A DNA stretch of 64,000 nt, taken from positions 2,339 to 66,338 of the IMG/VR virus record IMGVR_UViG_3300012346_000291; one strand, given 5' to 3'. Below, piece after piece: positions 27,379 through 38,515 of the stretch. Source of the stretch: a virus. Taxonomy: Duplodnaviria > Caudoviricetes. The notes under the pieces were generated by a model. It made no database searches. It saw only the letters and a program-made list of their open reading frames with translations, and was not told where the DNA came from. A program made the position numbers and the translations under genes. Within the stretch, counting starts at the first letter, position 1, and each line of letters begins with the position of its first letter.

Positions 27379-28959
27379 CTACTTTTTATTGTACTTGGAT
27401 GTATTAACCTTTGTGGTACTTTTTCTAGTACTATTGGAATAAGGATTTTTAGAAATATCAGATTTTTTATATCCTGAACCCTTTAAGTACTCTCCGTTAT
27501 TTAAGTAACTCCAATCATCCTTACCTTCATTATATAATTTGGTAGGAATTACATCAGATTCGTCAACGCCTTTTACATAGGCTGCAAGTTGGTCTGCAGA
27601 GTAAATTCTTTTTACTTTTCTTTTCCCTTTTGCATCAAGTACATAATCTCCTGTATCAGGGTCTAGGTCATATACTAGTATGCTGTTTTGACCATTATCA
27701 CCTCCATCTTGGAATACGTACTTAGCTTTTTTAGTATCTAAGTTCTTAAGGTTACCCGTTCTTAAAGCATTGTTTGAGTTTTCATATACGGTTATACCTA
27801 AGTTGTTGGTTTTTCTTTTGTATACTCCATCTCCATCTCCTCCGTCGCCATAATTAGGCTCAGGCTCGTTGTAAGTGTCAAGTTCTTCCTTGGTGTCAAT
27901 CTTCATAAGGATATCATCGCGCATCTTGTCTTTGAAGACTTGATACTGCTTCTTACCCATCTCAGTGCTGAAGTCAACGTAGCTACGTCCCATCTCATCA
28001 ACCTTAAGTAATAACACTTCGCTTGATGTTTGCTCTGCAGGGTTACGTGTAAAGGTATATGCCTTACCCGTATTAGGGTCTACCTTAACGTCATTGGTTA
28101 AGTATGATGATACGTTTAGTGGGTTTGAACCAACGCCCTCAATTTGGCGATTAACCACATCCTCAAATAAAGATGCTAGTTTAGCATCCTTCTCATTTAA
28201 GTCTGTTCTGTAACGAGGGTCTGTAATACTTCTAATGATGCCCGCTGAGCTAGGACCACCCTTTTCTCTAATCTCTACAACAGTAGTACCCAATGCCTCT
28301 GCAATGTCCGTAGTTGCTTTACCTGAGTCAAAGTAGTCGTACTTGTTTTTAAGTCTGCTTCTAGCATCGTTAATGGTCATGAACTCATCACCGATTGATG
28401 TAGTGACTTCCTTACCATCGACCTTATCTCTTTTGATTTTTGTCAAGTTGATTAAACCTGATGTTGGGTCAATGTAGTATTGAGTGTCTCTTAAGTTTCC
28501 GTATCTACCAATCTCTGCCTTCTCCCACTGCTCAAGTATTTGAGACCTTGTTGCAGGGTCAGCTGAATTTGCTCTTTCTAATGTTTGTTTGTATTCAGCC
28601 TGATAGTCTTTGTTTAATTCTAAAGCACCATCAATTCCGGTATTTACATTATTTATACCCTCTGTTAATTGTTGAGTGCTAAGTTCTCCGCTCTTCCAAA
28701 GATTCTGAAGTGTCTGTAAATACTGAGTAGTGTTTGACGCTAACTGAGACATCTTTTGATTCTCTAAAGAGCTATCCCCTACCTCGTAATTTGATATCTT
28801 TTTTGTCGTCTCTCTAATAGACGTTTCTAAAGCTACCTGCTTACCTTTTCGTAATACAGCCTCATCCTTTAAGGCTTTTGATAAGTCTTGACCAATTGTA
28901 GCCCAATCAATTTGATTTTCAGCTACCCTCTCAGAATATCCGTAATAAGTATCTGCCAT
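27379..28959 (-). CDS. Putative internal virion/ejection protein
   Basis: 526 aa; helical N-terminus; directly upstream of the giant protein. Confidence 0.5.
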   Translation of the reverse strand: MADTYYGYSERVAENQIDWATIGQDLSKALKDEAVLRKGKQVALETSIRETTKKISNYEVGDSSLENQKMSQLASNTTQYLQTLQNLWKSGELSTQQLTEGINNVNTGIDGALELNKDYQAEYKQTLERANSADPATRSQILEQWEKAEIGRYGNLRDTQYYIDPTSGLINLTKIKRDKVDGKEVTTSIGDEFMTINDARSRLKNKYDYFDSGKATTDIAEALGTTVVEIREKGGPSSAGIIRSITDPRYRTDLNEKDAKLASLFEDVVNRQIEGVGSNPLNVSSYLTNDVKVDPNTGKAYTFTRNPAEQTSSEVLLLKVDEMGRSYVDFSTEMGKKQYQVFKDKMRDDILMKIDTKEELDTYNEPEPNYGDGGDGDGVYKRKTNNLGITVYENSNNALRTGNLKNLDTKKAKYVFQDGGDNGQNSILVYDLDPDTGDYVLDAKGKRKVKRIYSADQLAAYVKGVDESDVIPTKLYNEGKDDWSYLNNGEYLKGSGYKKSDISKNPYSNSTRKSTTKVNTSKYNKK

Positions 28960-28964
28960 TGATT

Positions 28965-29879
28965 TTAGTTTCTACGTGTGTAAAATGGAGTTAAGTCACC
29001 TCCTGAAGCAGAGGTCATGTTGAATGAATTAAACCCTGTCTTATCCATGTCTTTTAAATCCTGTGGATTTCTACCTTGAAGCCATTCCTCAAACATAGGA
29101 GAAGATAAAACTTTTTTAGGTTTTTTAGTAACCTCATCTTGAACCTCCATCCAAATAGGTAGCCCTTGAGCTTGCGTTTCATCAATACCCATGGTTCTAA
29201 GCATAGCATTTTCGAATCCAATTGGATTACCATTTGCATCTAAAAGGCCTGCTTGTAAAGAACCTGACTTAACTGCTTCATTATAAGATTCTTTTAATCC
29301 TCCTACGCGTCTAGCTGCTTGATTTTTAATTACGTCAGGGGCCATGCTTGATGCAGTAGTTGCTACTCCAACTAATCCTTTAGCGGCTCCTGCAAATGAT
29401 TGCATAGCTGCTGTTTCATAATCAGCGGCAGCTTTAGCAGCTCCCTCAGCTTCTTGTAAATTTAATGATGCCATGTACTGCATATTCTCCTGCTCTTGCG
29501 CAGCTGACTTAAGTCCTAGTGCGTACATCTCTTCACTCATTGCAGCTCTGTTCTGAGCCTCTTGATTTTGAAATGCCATTTGAATGCCACCTGCAGCAGC
29601 TGCAGCTCCACGTGTAGAGCCTTCTGCGGCAGATTGAAGAGCTAGTGCTCCTTGTTGAATAGCTGCTTCACGTGCTAATTTAAACGGTTCTTTTGCAATC
29701 CCCATTTTATCGTACACGTTTACTTGAAGATAGCTTTTTGCTTTATCTAATGCCTCAGTCACCTTGGCTTGTGCCTCAAGTGCCTTACTTCTATTTTTTA
29801 ATCCCTGCGCCAAACTAATACCGGCGGTTACACCCTCCGCTACTAATCCTGCTGACGCTAATGCTGCTGAAAATAACAT
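28965..29879 (-). CDS. Putative DNA pilot/ejection protein
   Basis: Ala/Gly/Gln-rich amphipathic sequence typical of podovirus pilot proteins. Confidence 0.5.
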   Translation of the reverse strand: MLFSAALASAGLVAEGVTAGISLAQGLKNRSKALEAQAKVTEALDKAKSYLQVNVYDKMGIAKEPFKLAREAAIQQGALALQSAAEGSTRGAAAAAGGIQMAFQNQEAQNRAAMSEEMYALGLKSAAQEQENMQYMASLNLQEAEGAAKAAADYETAAMQSFAGAAKGLVGVATTASSMAPDVIKNQAARRVGGLKESYNEAVKSGSLQAGLLDANGNPIGFENAMLRTMGIDETQAQGLPIWMEVQDEVTKKPKKVLSSPMFEEWLQGRNPQDLKDMDKTGFNSFNMTSASGGDLTPFYTRRN

Positions 29880-29895
29880 ACTATATGTTTAAGTA

Positions 29896-29903
29896 CAAAG
29901 ATA
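29896..29903 (-). promoter_or_regulatory. Bacteroidota -7 promoter box (TATCTTTG)
   Basis: Just upstream of the ATG at 29879. Confidence 0.6.
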
Positions 29904-29910
29904 TTAAAAA

Positions 29911-30747
29911 TTAAGGAAAACTCTTCATTACCTCTGATTCAACTGCAAAGAGTTCTACTTTTGACTTTTTGTCATTTTCTAGCGTGAACACGCAGTAGTG
30001 ACCAAGTACCCCATGAGACTCAGCAACTGAGTTCTTAACGTACAAGAAGTATGCATTTTGAATTGGAGGAACTGAGCCGCCTGTAATAGTTGTGTCAACA
30101 ACAAAGTAGTTGTCACCCGCAGGGTAGTTCTGCACGATGTCAGTTATTTCACCACATAGTATAGGCGTTCCATACGTAGGTGGTAGCGAGTAGTATAAGT
30201 AGTCACCAACACTTGCGATAGAGCCAATTTGAATAAGTGGAGATATAGAGAAGTTTACCTCTGTAGCAGCCGCAATTCCCGTAACAGTTTGGCTTCTACC
30301 AACACCATTAAGTGAACGAAGTGCGTACTCATCAGTACCTGCAGGAACATCTCCAGAGTTTCGAATAAATGCAAAGTACGTCTGCTCCTTTTTCTGAAAC
30401 CAATCCTTCTCGATGTATCCGCTATTTTGAATATCTGTCTCAATTGGAAACGCCTCCCACGCATCATCACCTTGCAATGATAATGTTTTGAATAGTTTAT
30501 TTTCTAAAGGAACGTCATTAAAAACGCTAGTTACTCTAGATGGTGTAAACGCTCCATCGGGATTTCCCAACTGAAGCCACCACTCGTAGTAGAACGTGTT
30601 TCTATTCGCATTCACATTGTGGCGGTAAAGATTACCGCCCTTGAATGTATAAAAAAAATTGTTCATCCCAATCATCCAATCAGGGATGTAGGAGTAGAAC
30701 GACGGCCAACCCGCCGCGCTATCGCTGTATGTTAGTGTATATTCCAT
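29911..30747 (-). CDS. Tail stabilization/nozzle protein, C-terminal-type subunit
   Basis: Likely start MEYTLTYSD at 30747; GWPSFYSYIPD motif recalled from the C-terminal part of stabilization proteins. Confidence 0.55.
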   Translation of the reverse strand: MEYTLTYSDSAAGWPSFYSYIPDWMIGMNNFFYTFKGGNLYRHNVNANRNTFYYEWWLQLGNPDGAFTPSRVTSVFNDVPLENKLFKTLSLQGDDAWEAFPIETDIQNSGYIEKDWFQKKEQTYFAFIRNSGDVPAGTDEYALRSLNGVGRSQTVTGIAAATEVNFSISPLIQIGSIASVGDYLYYSLPPTYGTPILCGEITDIVQNYPAGDNYFVVDTTITGGSVPPIQNAYFLYVKNSVAESHGVLGHYCVFTLENDKKSKVELFAVESEVMKSFP

Positions 30748-30748
30748 A

Positions 30749-32065
30749 TTATAGTCCGCAATCGCATGAATCAAGTGAAACAACTACACCTGCCGGTGAG
30801 CCCGGGATGGTGATACTTCCAACTCTAGCGCAAATATACTCAATTGTGTAAGCTGCAACAGCCTGAGTTTGTGGTAAACCATCGCAGTCTGTGTAACTTG
30901 CTGTAACAGATGAACCTGTCATATTGTCTACGCTGTACAAAACACAAACCTCATCGCAATTTGTATAAGGAGTAATTAAGTTGATAGTGACTGTAGGAGT
31001 CGTATAAGTTAAACTTGTAACCTCCCAAACGCAAGCTGCGTAAAGTGGGTCTGAAATCGTCACAAAATCGCCGATGCTTACAGGACCAACTCCTGTCTCA
31101 GCAACCAATGTAAAGCCGTCTGCGCAACGAGTGAGAACATATGAATTATAATCACACTGCCCCATCTGAATAATAACTCCGTTCTGAACTAAAAACCAAT
31201 CGTAAGCTGCAGGAAGCATTGTAGGTGCATGGTAGTATCCATCTGCGGCAATAGACTCTCCGTAAGGGTCTAGAAAAATCCAATCAAATAGACCAAGTGT
31301 TACGCCGTTACCGCTTACAGGATAGTTGTAGTAGATTAGGTTATCCTCATACTCGCATACTAATTCATCTGTAGGTGCTACCTGACTAGTGTACGTTGGA
31401 AATAGTCTAGTTGGACAAGTCACATAAAGACCGAAATTGGCGCCGCAAGGAGCCTCAACAGTAATGTCTAACGAGGATGGATTAAGGTTAACCTTTGGTA
31501 TAACCATGATGCAAGTTCCCGGAGGGTTAACTGTTAAGTTAAGTTGTGATGGTAATGCGCTAACTCCTGATGTAGTACCATTGTATACATATGCATTCGT
31601 AGCGTTATCCCAATCATAGTTATTTACTATGACTCCAACAGTTGATATACCACAGTCGTTATCTTCATCCCCCATGTAAACAGGAAGTCCTGCGGGAGCT
31701 GTCATGTGTCCATAAATAGGAGAGCTAAAGGTATTGTAAGTAATACCATTGTATACAGCTTTAATTCCATTAGGGTAAAAAATTGGGTCAAATCTAACAA
31801 TTATAGCCCCAATATCTCCCGGGTCATTGCCCAAGTCAATTGTAGAAAGGTAAACACCCGGTGTATTTTTTGACTCACCTAAGTTATTACCACAATCTTC
31901 TCCACACGATGGACAGAATTTAGCAGAACCAAGTACACATCCTGTTTGAATGCGCGTAATATTTCCATCTGAGTAAACACCATCTGCAGCACACACTGTT
32001 AGTGCTGAGTTGGTATATACTGCCGTTGCTAAGGCTAATGATGGTGCATCTAAGTAGTATGGCAT
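30749..32065 (-). CDS. Tail-associated beta-rich protein with Cys-rich modules
   Basis: 438 aa; C-terminal YTDCDG module shared with the 1560-aa protein. Confidence 0.55.
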   Translation of the reverse strand: MPYYLDAPSLALATAVYTNSALTVCAADGVYSDGNITRIQTGCVLGSAKFCPSCGEDCGNNLGESKNTPGVYLSTIDLGNDPGDIGAIIVRFDPIFYPNGIKAVYNGITYNTFSSPIYGHMTAPAGLPVYMGDEDNDCGISTVGVIVNNYDWDNATNAYVYNGTTSGVSALPSQLNLTVNPPGTCIMVIPKVNLNPSSLDITVEAPCGANFGLYVTCPTRLFPTYTSQVAPTDELVCEYEDNLIYYNYPVSGNGVTLGLFDWIFLDPYGESIAADGYYHAPTMLPAAYDWFLVQNGVIIQMGQCDYNSYVLTRCADGFTLVAETGVGPVSIGDFVTISDPLYAACVWEVTSLTYTTPTVTINLITPYTNCDEVCVLYSVDNMTGSSVTASYTDCDGLPQTQAVAAYTIEYICARVGSITIPGSPAGVVVSLDSCDCGL

Positions 32066-32076
32066 ATTAATTAATT

Positions 32077-35000
32077 TTATTCTCTACATCCGCATTCTTG
32101 CGATATTGTTATAATAACTCCTCCTGATATAACTGTTGGTGCATCAGAAGATAGACCGCATATTATTTGAGTTGCACCTTGAAGTATTGTGGCTACTTGA
32201 GGAACTCCGTCGCAGTCAGTATAATTGACTACTGCAGAGCCAACTCCAACATTTTGAAGAGACCACTCACGACATGGGTCTGTGCATGGGTCGCAATCGC
32301 AACATACGTAGTCTATATCAAGTGGGTCAGCAGACCAACAAAGATTAGTCTCTTGTGTATCTCTTAAATCCCAAACAAGGTATAAGTAGTTACCTAATGT
32401 TCCCGCAGGAACGTTAGCGTAGTAATAAGTACCACCACCTAAAGTAGTTCCAACTGATGCAGCAGTAATCAATGCATTGATATCTACTGTGTTGTTATTG
32501 TAAACTGTATTCGTTCTTAGGTATCTAAATTTATTTTGAGCGGAATCAAAGTCAAAGTTTGCAAGCGCAAATTTATTTGATGCCATTCTTACAGTACTCC
32601 CATTAGTTGGCATATTCGCCTGACCTTGAAGTCCTGATACGCTATTAAATCTAGATGCAATTGGATTCACGCCCGGGGCAAATAATACCAATGAGCTTTG
32701 AAGAGAACCTGTGTATGCGCCATCTGTGTATCTCCACTGAGAGTATATACTCTTTCCTGCATCTACATTTGATGTAAGTACAACTTCTACTACGGTGAGC
32801 TCATTTGCCGTAGGACAATTTACTGTAATCTCAATGACGACAGCTCCTGTTGTATCAATAGCAAGATTTATTGTATCTGCAATGATGCTGTCTTTATCAA
32901 CAGTTAGCGTACCGCTAAGTGAAGTTTGACCTGTCGTGTAAGGAGTTCCGTTGTAGTCTGCTGTAATTTCAAACTCTACGTCCGGCTCTATCGATGTTAC
33001 GTTATATTCAATCTCAACGTCACCAACCAAGTCACCTACATTTACGCAGTACTCAAATGCTCTTTTGCTTTCTGTGAATATAAACTCTTGGGTTACACCA
33101 CATGATAGGCATTCAGTTACGGTTGGTATCTGTTGGTCGTTTGAGCTTAATACGTACTCTTTTGAGTATGGGTCGTAAGCGCCAAGCTTTTGAGTGGTAA
33201 AGTTGTTGTTAAACAAATCACGGAACCAAGTTCCCATACCTGAGTCAGAGATAACTTGTAGTTGACTCATCCCTGTCTCGCTGTCTTTTAAGTTTATAAC
33301 AGCTCCACGCTTAACGTCTGTAAAGTATCTATCCTCACCCCACTGAATGTAACTCTCAGGGTTGAATGATATACCGTACTTCTCTACACGTGCAATTTGA
33401 GTACCTAATACCTCAGGGACTGATGTCAATGCGCCTCCTGCACCCGCGTCCGATAGCAAGTTCTTCTCAGCAAGTACGTATGATATTTTATCTTCTTGCA
33501 AAACAAGCACGTCAGTCTGACGAGCGTCCATAATAAAGATAGGCCCAAATGAGCGCTCTAGAGGCTTAAAGTTAAATAACCCTAGGTTGAACTCGTTTAG
33601 TTTATTTACGTTGCTCTCGTTGTTGTACACGCCGCTGTACGTAATGTCAGCGTAACGTCTGATTGCCTTGTAATCTTCGGCAAGCATAGTTGTTACGCGA
33701 TTACCCAATGTGATGTAAGCACCCGTGATAGAGTCGCGAATCTTGTAGCTCTCTACACCATTTCCAAACGCGTAACAGTTAAAGAAACCTGTATCTACGA
33801 CAGCGGGGCTGCCTAAAGAGAAGTTTTGATTCATTATGTTACCTTGATGCTCACCTTGTGCATTGATATCAAATGACAGGTTGTTCTCAAAGAATACATC
33901 CGGCAATGAATCAGCAGGCTCTGTCTCAAAAACAAATAATGAATCAGCGCGGTATACCTCAAACTCTACCTCTAAAGATGAGTTCTTAAATCCGCAAGTA
34001 GGCGTTCCCGAAATATATAATTTTAACTCGTTGTTTGCTGTATTTCTATAGAATTGATAATAGTTAATACAAGTTGTAGGTGTAGCAAATCCCAATGGTA
34101 GCTGTGGATTTTGATATACAACTGTTCCTGCGAGTAAAGTACTATTAAATACATTTTGAATAGGGCAGTTACCTGTACCACTTACGTATGGAGTGCCGTC
34201 ATCGATTATGCTTGCGATATCATCTGAAATAAACCACTGATACATATCAGTATAATTTCCTTGAGACACTAAAGTTTTATCTAATGTATAAATTCTAGCT
34301 TCGCAGTTTTGGTCATTAGAACCGTCTTTACCCCTTTGAAACTTTAATCTCATTCTAATAATTGTTCCTTGAGGAACATCATAATCTATATAGTTACCCG
34401 GGGACGAAGGGTCCTCAATATTCATTGGGTATCCAACAACAGGAGCTCCATTTGTTTGATACGGCATTTCGTATGAAATCAAACCGTCAGTAATGTACGA
34501 ATCCTCATTAAAGATAGCGCTAAAGCTACTCGGCTTAATTTTCATGTAAACTCCACCCGGTACAGGAATATTTGTAGATGGGTTTGATGGACTTGGTATA
34601 GTTAAGAAGTCATCAGCTTCAGATTGCTTATCTAGAACTGTTGCATAAGCACAGCTATCAATTGGGCCTGATGAATCTCTTTTAACAATAAGTCTATCTC
34701 CTACCTCAACCTTTCTTGAGTTTTCACCTTCTAGTAAGAAGTATGCGTTTTTAGTATTTGGGTCAATAAAGAATATACTACTGTAAATAGTCTCGTAGTT
34801 CTCTGTATTAGGTTTTATGACAAACTTATACTTAGTTGCCCAATAAGGAGCTACTTGAGCATCAGGAATAGTTACAATAATACTATTCTTTGTATTTGAA
34901 TTTGAACAAGGAACGTGCTCGGTGTTTAGCTCACTAACTAATGCAGTTGTAGAACGACCAAACTCATCCATGTAAACAATACCAACCTCATAGTCACGAT

Positions 35001-36759
35001 TACTGTGTAAGCTTTGATTTTGAGAAATTGATTGAAAAGCAGATTCTGCAGACACTACCTTCATATACTCATATGCTAAGTATGTAGGAGTTGTTGTGTT
35101 GTCAACGTAAACCATTGCAGGGAACTGAAATGATATTATATTGCCAACTGATGTTGCCGATACTAATAAGTTATTTGTATTTATACCACTCGTGTACTTT
35201 GTGTATGTGTCCAAGTTTTGGTTCATAGCACAGTTGTATGCATCTGATAGAGTAGTACCCGAACACGCATTAGGCAATGTTTGAATATTAGCAATAGTTC
35301 CAACAGCATCTAAGAATGATGAGTCAGAGACCATATCAAAAACAGATGCAAACGTTGATGGTAAATAATATGTAAACGATACATCCACATTACTATTTGT
35401 TTGAACGGGATAAGGAGTGCTTCCTGAAAATGCTGAGTGAGTTAATCCAAAGTCTATGTTTAAAACAGAGCCCTCTGTTAAAGGAATACCTGTTAAATCT
35501 ATATTTAATACCGCATCAGTAATTGACACAGCACCATTTATTGCATAGTCTCCTATTGATTTGGTATTGTCTATATCAGTTAAGCCGATTTCTTCAGTTC
35601 TTAATGATGTGTAGTACTCAAACTTTACAGGTTGACCAAATTTATCAAGCAAGTCGTATCCTTCTAAGTAGTTCCCATACATCAAGCGATTGCCCATAAT
35701 CGTTTGGGCTTTAGCTAAAAGAGGCACGTTATCGTACAATCTTAAAATCTCGTAGTCAGGTAGAACTGTAAATATCTTGCTATTTGTAAAGTTGTATGTA
35801 TAATCAGTGTTGTCTGAAAGACCAAGTTTTGACTTGTCTAGTTTCTCAATAACTTTAATGATGTTATTGTCCATATCCTTAAAGATAAGGTCAATACCAA
35901 CTACTAATGGGCCACCTGTATTGTATGTTACTTCAACAGAGTTGAACTCGTTAATCATACCATTATTCAAGTAGCTGTCATTGCTAAAGCTAAATTCCTG
36001 CGGTATAAATGCAGGCTCACTGAATTGAGATATAGCTGAGTATTGATTGTCAGCATATCTGTATCGATACGCAAAGCAAATAAAGTTCTCCTCTAGAAAA
36101 TTCTCTTGCCCCGGTGTATTCGTAAGCTGAAGCTCAGGAGAGCTCATAGGTGGCTTTTTAATTACCTGAAGACGCTCATTTAAAATCTCAGGATGCGGTG
36201 CGAGCGGTGCAGGAGGTAATGCCACATAGTAGTCAATATTTGCAGGAGAAGGATTTGGATAATTCTCCTTTACATTGATAAATCTAGGCGGGTTGTAATC
36301 ATCCGACCAAAATAACAAGTCATCAATCTTGTTAACACCTGTAATAACGTATGTAGGGTTGAAGTTTAAAGTTGTGTTTACACCATCTCCATCGTCAATA
36401 CTAATAACGTGATACGTAAGTATGTTCGTAAGAATATTGAAAGAAACAACTAGGTCAAGTTTGCCTGTAGCACCTACAGTAAAGCTAGGGTCATGTACAA
36501 ACCAATATACCGTCTCAAGTGAGCCGTCCTCAAAAGCACCAATCGCTCTAGCGTCAGTGCTTAATGGAGTTCCGTCTATGTAGACCAAAGAGGTTAATTT
36601 TAAATTACCCTTTGTGTTCTCAATAGCGCCGATGCTTTTTTCTTCGGTAGAACCCATACGCACATTAAGCGCGTCAATGTATTGACCATCAGGAACAAGT
36701 CGCTCATCGACGACTTTGTTCATTTTACCTGCATTAAAGTTTCTTGTAAGATTAGCCAT
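32077..36759 (-). CDS. Tail stabilization protein (crAss muzzle/P22 gp10-like)
   Basis: N-terminal NFNAGKMNKVVDERLVP.GQYIDALNVR; YGISFNPES, DVKRGAV. Confidence 0.7.
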   Translation of the reverse strand: MANLTRNFNAGKMNKVVDERLVPDGQYIDALNVRMGSTEEKSIGAIENTKGNLKLTSLVYIDGTPLSTDARAIGAFEDGSLETVYWFVHDPSFTVGATGKLDLVVSFNILTNILTYHVISIDDGDGVNTTLNFNPTYVITGVNKIDDLLFWSDDYNPPRFINVKENYPNPSPANIDYYVALPPAPLAPHPEILNERLQVIKKPPMSSPELQLTNTPGQENFLEENFICFAYRYRYADNQYSAISQFSEPAFIPQEFSFSNDSYLNNGMINEFNSVEVTYNTGGPLVVGIDLIFKDMDNNIIKVIEKLDKSKLGLSDNTDYTYNFTNSKIFTVLPDYEILRLYDNVPLLAKAQTIMGNRLMYGNYLEGYDLLDKFGQPVKFEYYTSLRTEEIGLTDIDNTKSIGDYAINGAVSITDAVLNIDLTGIPLTEGSVLNIDFGLTHSAFSGSTPYPVQTNSNVDVSFTYYLPSTFASVFDMVSDSSFLDAVGTIANIQTLPNACSGTTLSDAYNCAMNQNLDTYTKYTSGINTNNLLVSATSVGNIISFQFPAMVYVDNTTTPTYLAYEYMKVVSAESAFQSISQNQSLHSNRDYEVGIVYMDEFGRSTTALVSELNTEHVPCSNSNTKNSIIVTIPDAQVAPYWATKYKFVIKPNTENYETIYSSIFFIDPNTKNAYFLLEGENSRKVEVGDRLIVKRDSSGPIDSCAYATVLDKQSEADDFLTIPSPSNPSTNIPVPGGVYMKIKPSSFSAIFNEDSYITDGLISYEMPYQTNGAPVVGYPMNIEDPSSPGNYIDYDVPQGTIIRMRLKFQRGKDGSNDQNCEARIYTLDKTLVSQGNYTDMYQWFISDDIASIIDDGTPYVSGTGNCPIQNVFNSTLLAGTVVYQNPQLPLGFATPTTCINYYQFYRNTANNELKLYISGTPTCGFKNSSLEVEFEVYRADSLFVFETEPADSLPDVFFENNLSFDINAQGEHQGNIMNQNFSLGSPAVVDTGFFNCYAFGNGVESYKIRDSITGAYITLGNRVTTMLAEDYKAIRRYADITYSGVYNNESNVNKLNEFNLGLFNFKPLERSFGPIFIMDARQTDVLVLQEDKISYVLAEKNLLSDAGAGGALTSVPEVLGTQIARVEKYGISFNPESYIQWGEDRYFTDVKRGAVINLKDSETGMSQLQVISDSGMGTWFRDLFNNNFTTQKLGAYDPYSKEYVLSSNDQQIPTVTECLSCGVTQEFIFTESKRAFEYCVNVGDLVGDVEIEYNVTSIEPDVEFEITADYNGTPYTTGQTSLSGTLTVDKDSIIADTINLAIDTTGAVVIEITVNCPTANELTVVEVVLTSNVDAGKSIYSQWRYTDGAYTGSLQSSLVLFAPGVNPIASRFNSVSGLQGQANMPTNGSTVRMASNKFALANFDFDSAQNKFRYLRTNTVYNNNTVDINALITAASVGTTLGGGTYYYANVPAGTLGNYLYLVWDLRDTQETNLCWSADPLDIDYVCCDCDPCTDPCREWSLQNVGVGSAVVNYTDCDGVPQVATILQGATQIICGLSSDAPTVISGGVIITISQECGCRE

Positions 36760-36760
36760 A

Positions 36761-37684
36761 CTACTTCATAATCTTATCCATGCCACGTAGGTTCATAAGA
36801 AGTCTACCCGGATGTATATTACTGATTCTAATTTTAGCATTACGTAACAATGCAGTCTTTTCTTTACGAGCTCTAAGTATGACGTACTCTTGTACGCCAA
36901 GCTTTGAGTTAAGTATCTCATACATGATGTATGCGTACACGTACTTCTCAAATAACTTGTTTACAGTTACTAAGCTGTCGTCACCGTTCTCCATACCATC
37001 AGAGACGTACTCAAGGATGCACAATTCACCCGCCATGTCTGACGAGAAGTTAATTACACCTGCTTTTTTATCTACATTGAACGTAGGATTGAAATTTGCT
37101 GTCTCAGTATTTAAGCCAAAACGAGCAGAGATTCCGTAGTCGAAATACCAATTACCATCTATAGACCATCCTTCTTGGCCATCAAATTGGCTACCCGGAT
37201 TTAGGTAAATGCTCTTTTTACTTCCTGTAATTCTATCAAAGTCAATTGCAGAGTACTGAGGCTCAAGAACGTTACCGTCTTGGTCAAATAGAATGTTGCA
37301 GTTATTGTCCTGCAAATAAGCTTTCGATGACAACGTCTGAATGTTCTCACTAAGTGGACGTAACCATCCATCCTTGTACAAGGAGATGCGCACCCAATTT
37401 ACGTAGTCAGATGGCAAAACAAAACGAAGCTTCTCGCAAACGTTTAGCTCTAGCACCTTGATTTCCTTGAACGCATCGTAGTTGAGCTCTTGGATTGCAC
37501 GCTTTGCATGAAATATAATCTTATAGCGCTCCTCATTGTTAATCAATGAGTGATTACCAGAGTACATCAATAAGAAGTTGTTTACAATCTCCTTTAAACT
37601 TACGTATTGATAAGACCCCCAATTGGCGTCCTCAGGTGCGTTACCACCATTCTCATAGTACTGATATTGTGAAATATATGCCAT
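36761..37684 (-). CDS. Head-tail connector/structural protein
   Basis: 307 aa; position between capsid and tail genes. Confidence 0.5.
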   Translation of the reverse strand: MAYISQYQYYENGGNAPEDANWGSYQYVSLKEIVNNFLLMYSGNHSLINNEERYKIIFHAKRAIQELNYDAFKEIKVLELNVCEKLRFVLPSDYVNWVRISLYKDGWLRPLSENIQTLSSKAYLQDNNCNILFDQDGNVLEPQYSAIDFDRITGSKKSIYLNPGSQFDGQEGWSIDGNWYFDYGISARFGLNTETANFNPTFNVDKKAGVINFSSDMAGELCILEYVSDGMENGDDSLVTVNKLFEKYVYAYIMYEILNSKLGVQEYVILRARKEKTALLRNAKIRISNIHPGRLLMNLRGMDKIMK

Positions 37685-37690
37685 GGTCTA

Positions 37691-38437
37691 TTATTGTTGT
37701 GTGCTAAATGCAGGGTTCTCAGACTGCTCTTGCTGAATACCATACTGAGCAACTTGAATCTCTCTAATTGACATACCGCAGTACTGAAGTATCTTCATTA
37801 CTAATTTATATTCATCTTCACCGGGAAGCTCAAAGTCCTGATAGTCAGGCTGCGATTGGTCAAATGCAGGCTCACCGTTAGGCAAGCTAATGTAAGTCCA
37901 CTTAGGGTCTAATGGTAATCTAAAGTATGAACACTTCAAAGACGATACGCCGTTGATTGTGTCAGGATAAACAGATATGACGTCACCCTCAATTATATAT
38001 GCAGGATATTGTGTAGTAGGAGCTGTAAGCATTGAATCCAATAGCATATACAGCCTAGCGTTAGCAACCTTCTCCGCATCACCTAACCTTGTAGTGCCAT
38101 TAAAACAAGTAAGTCTACTAATCATGTAGAAGTTAAAACCTGTCGTCACAAGAGACGGTACATAGTATTGATTTGTAGCAGGTGCAACCTGTACTAATGT
38201 ATCATTACGTAAGAAACCTTCTAAGACCTCAGCTATTGGATTCTCAATGTCAGCGTACTCTGTACCTGATAATCGAGCATTCTCAGCATTAATTGCCTTA
38301 TTATAACTACTATAGTACTCCTCATAGATTTCCATCTGTGCCTGCTTTGCAAACAAGTTAAAGTCAGATGGTGATATATACCCGTAGTTGTTTTTATTTA
38401 ATACGGAGAGTACAGTATTTCTTACTGAGTTAATCAT
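37691..38437 (-). CDS. Tail ring/adaptor-like structural protein
   Basis: Likely start MINSVRNTVL at 38437, behind the TATCTTTG box at 38452-38459; GYISPSDFN. Confidence 0.55.
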   Translation of the reverse strand: MINSVRNTVLSVLNKNNYGYISPSDFNLFAKQAQMEIYEEYYSSYNKAINAENARLSGTEYADIENPIAEVLEGFLRNDTLVQVAPATNQYYVPSLVTTGFNFYMISRLTCFNGTTRLGDAEKVANARLYMLLDSMLTAPTTQYPAYIIEGDVISVYPDTINGVSSLKCSYFRLPLDPKWTYISLPNGEPAFDQSQPDYQDFELPGEDEYKLVMKILQYCGMSIREIQVAQYGIQQEQSENPAFSTQQ

Positions 38438-38471
38438 TTTAATCCTTTTTACAAAGATACATAAAAAACAA

Positions 38472-38492
38472 AAGGCGCCCAATGGACGCCTT
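38472..38492 (-). terminator. Rho-independent terminator
   Basis: AAGGCG/CGCCTT stem followed by a T-rich run on the - strand. Confidence 0.6.
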
Positions 38493-38515
38493 ATGCTTTG
38501 AGAAATGTAAATTGA

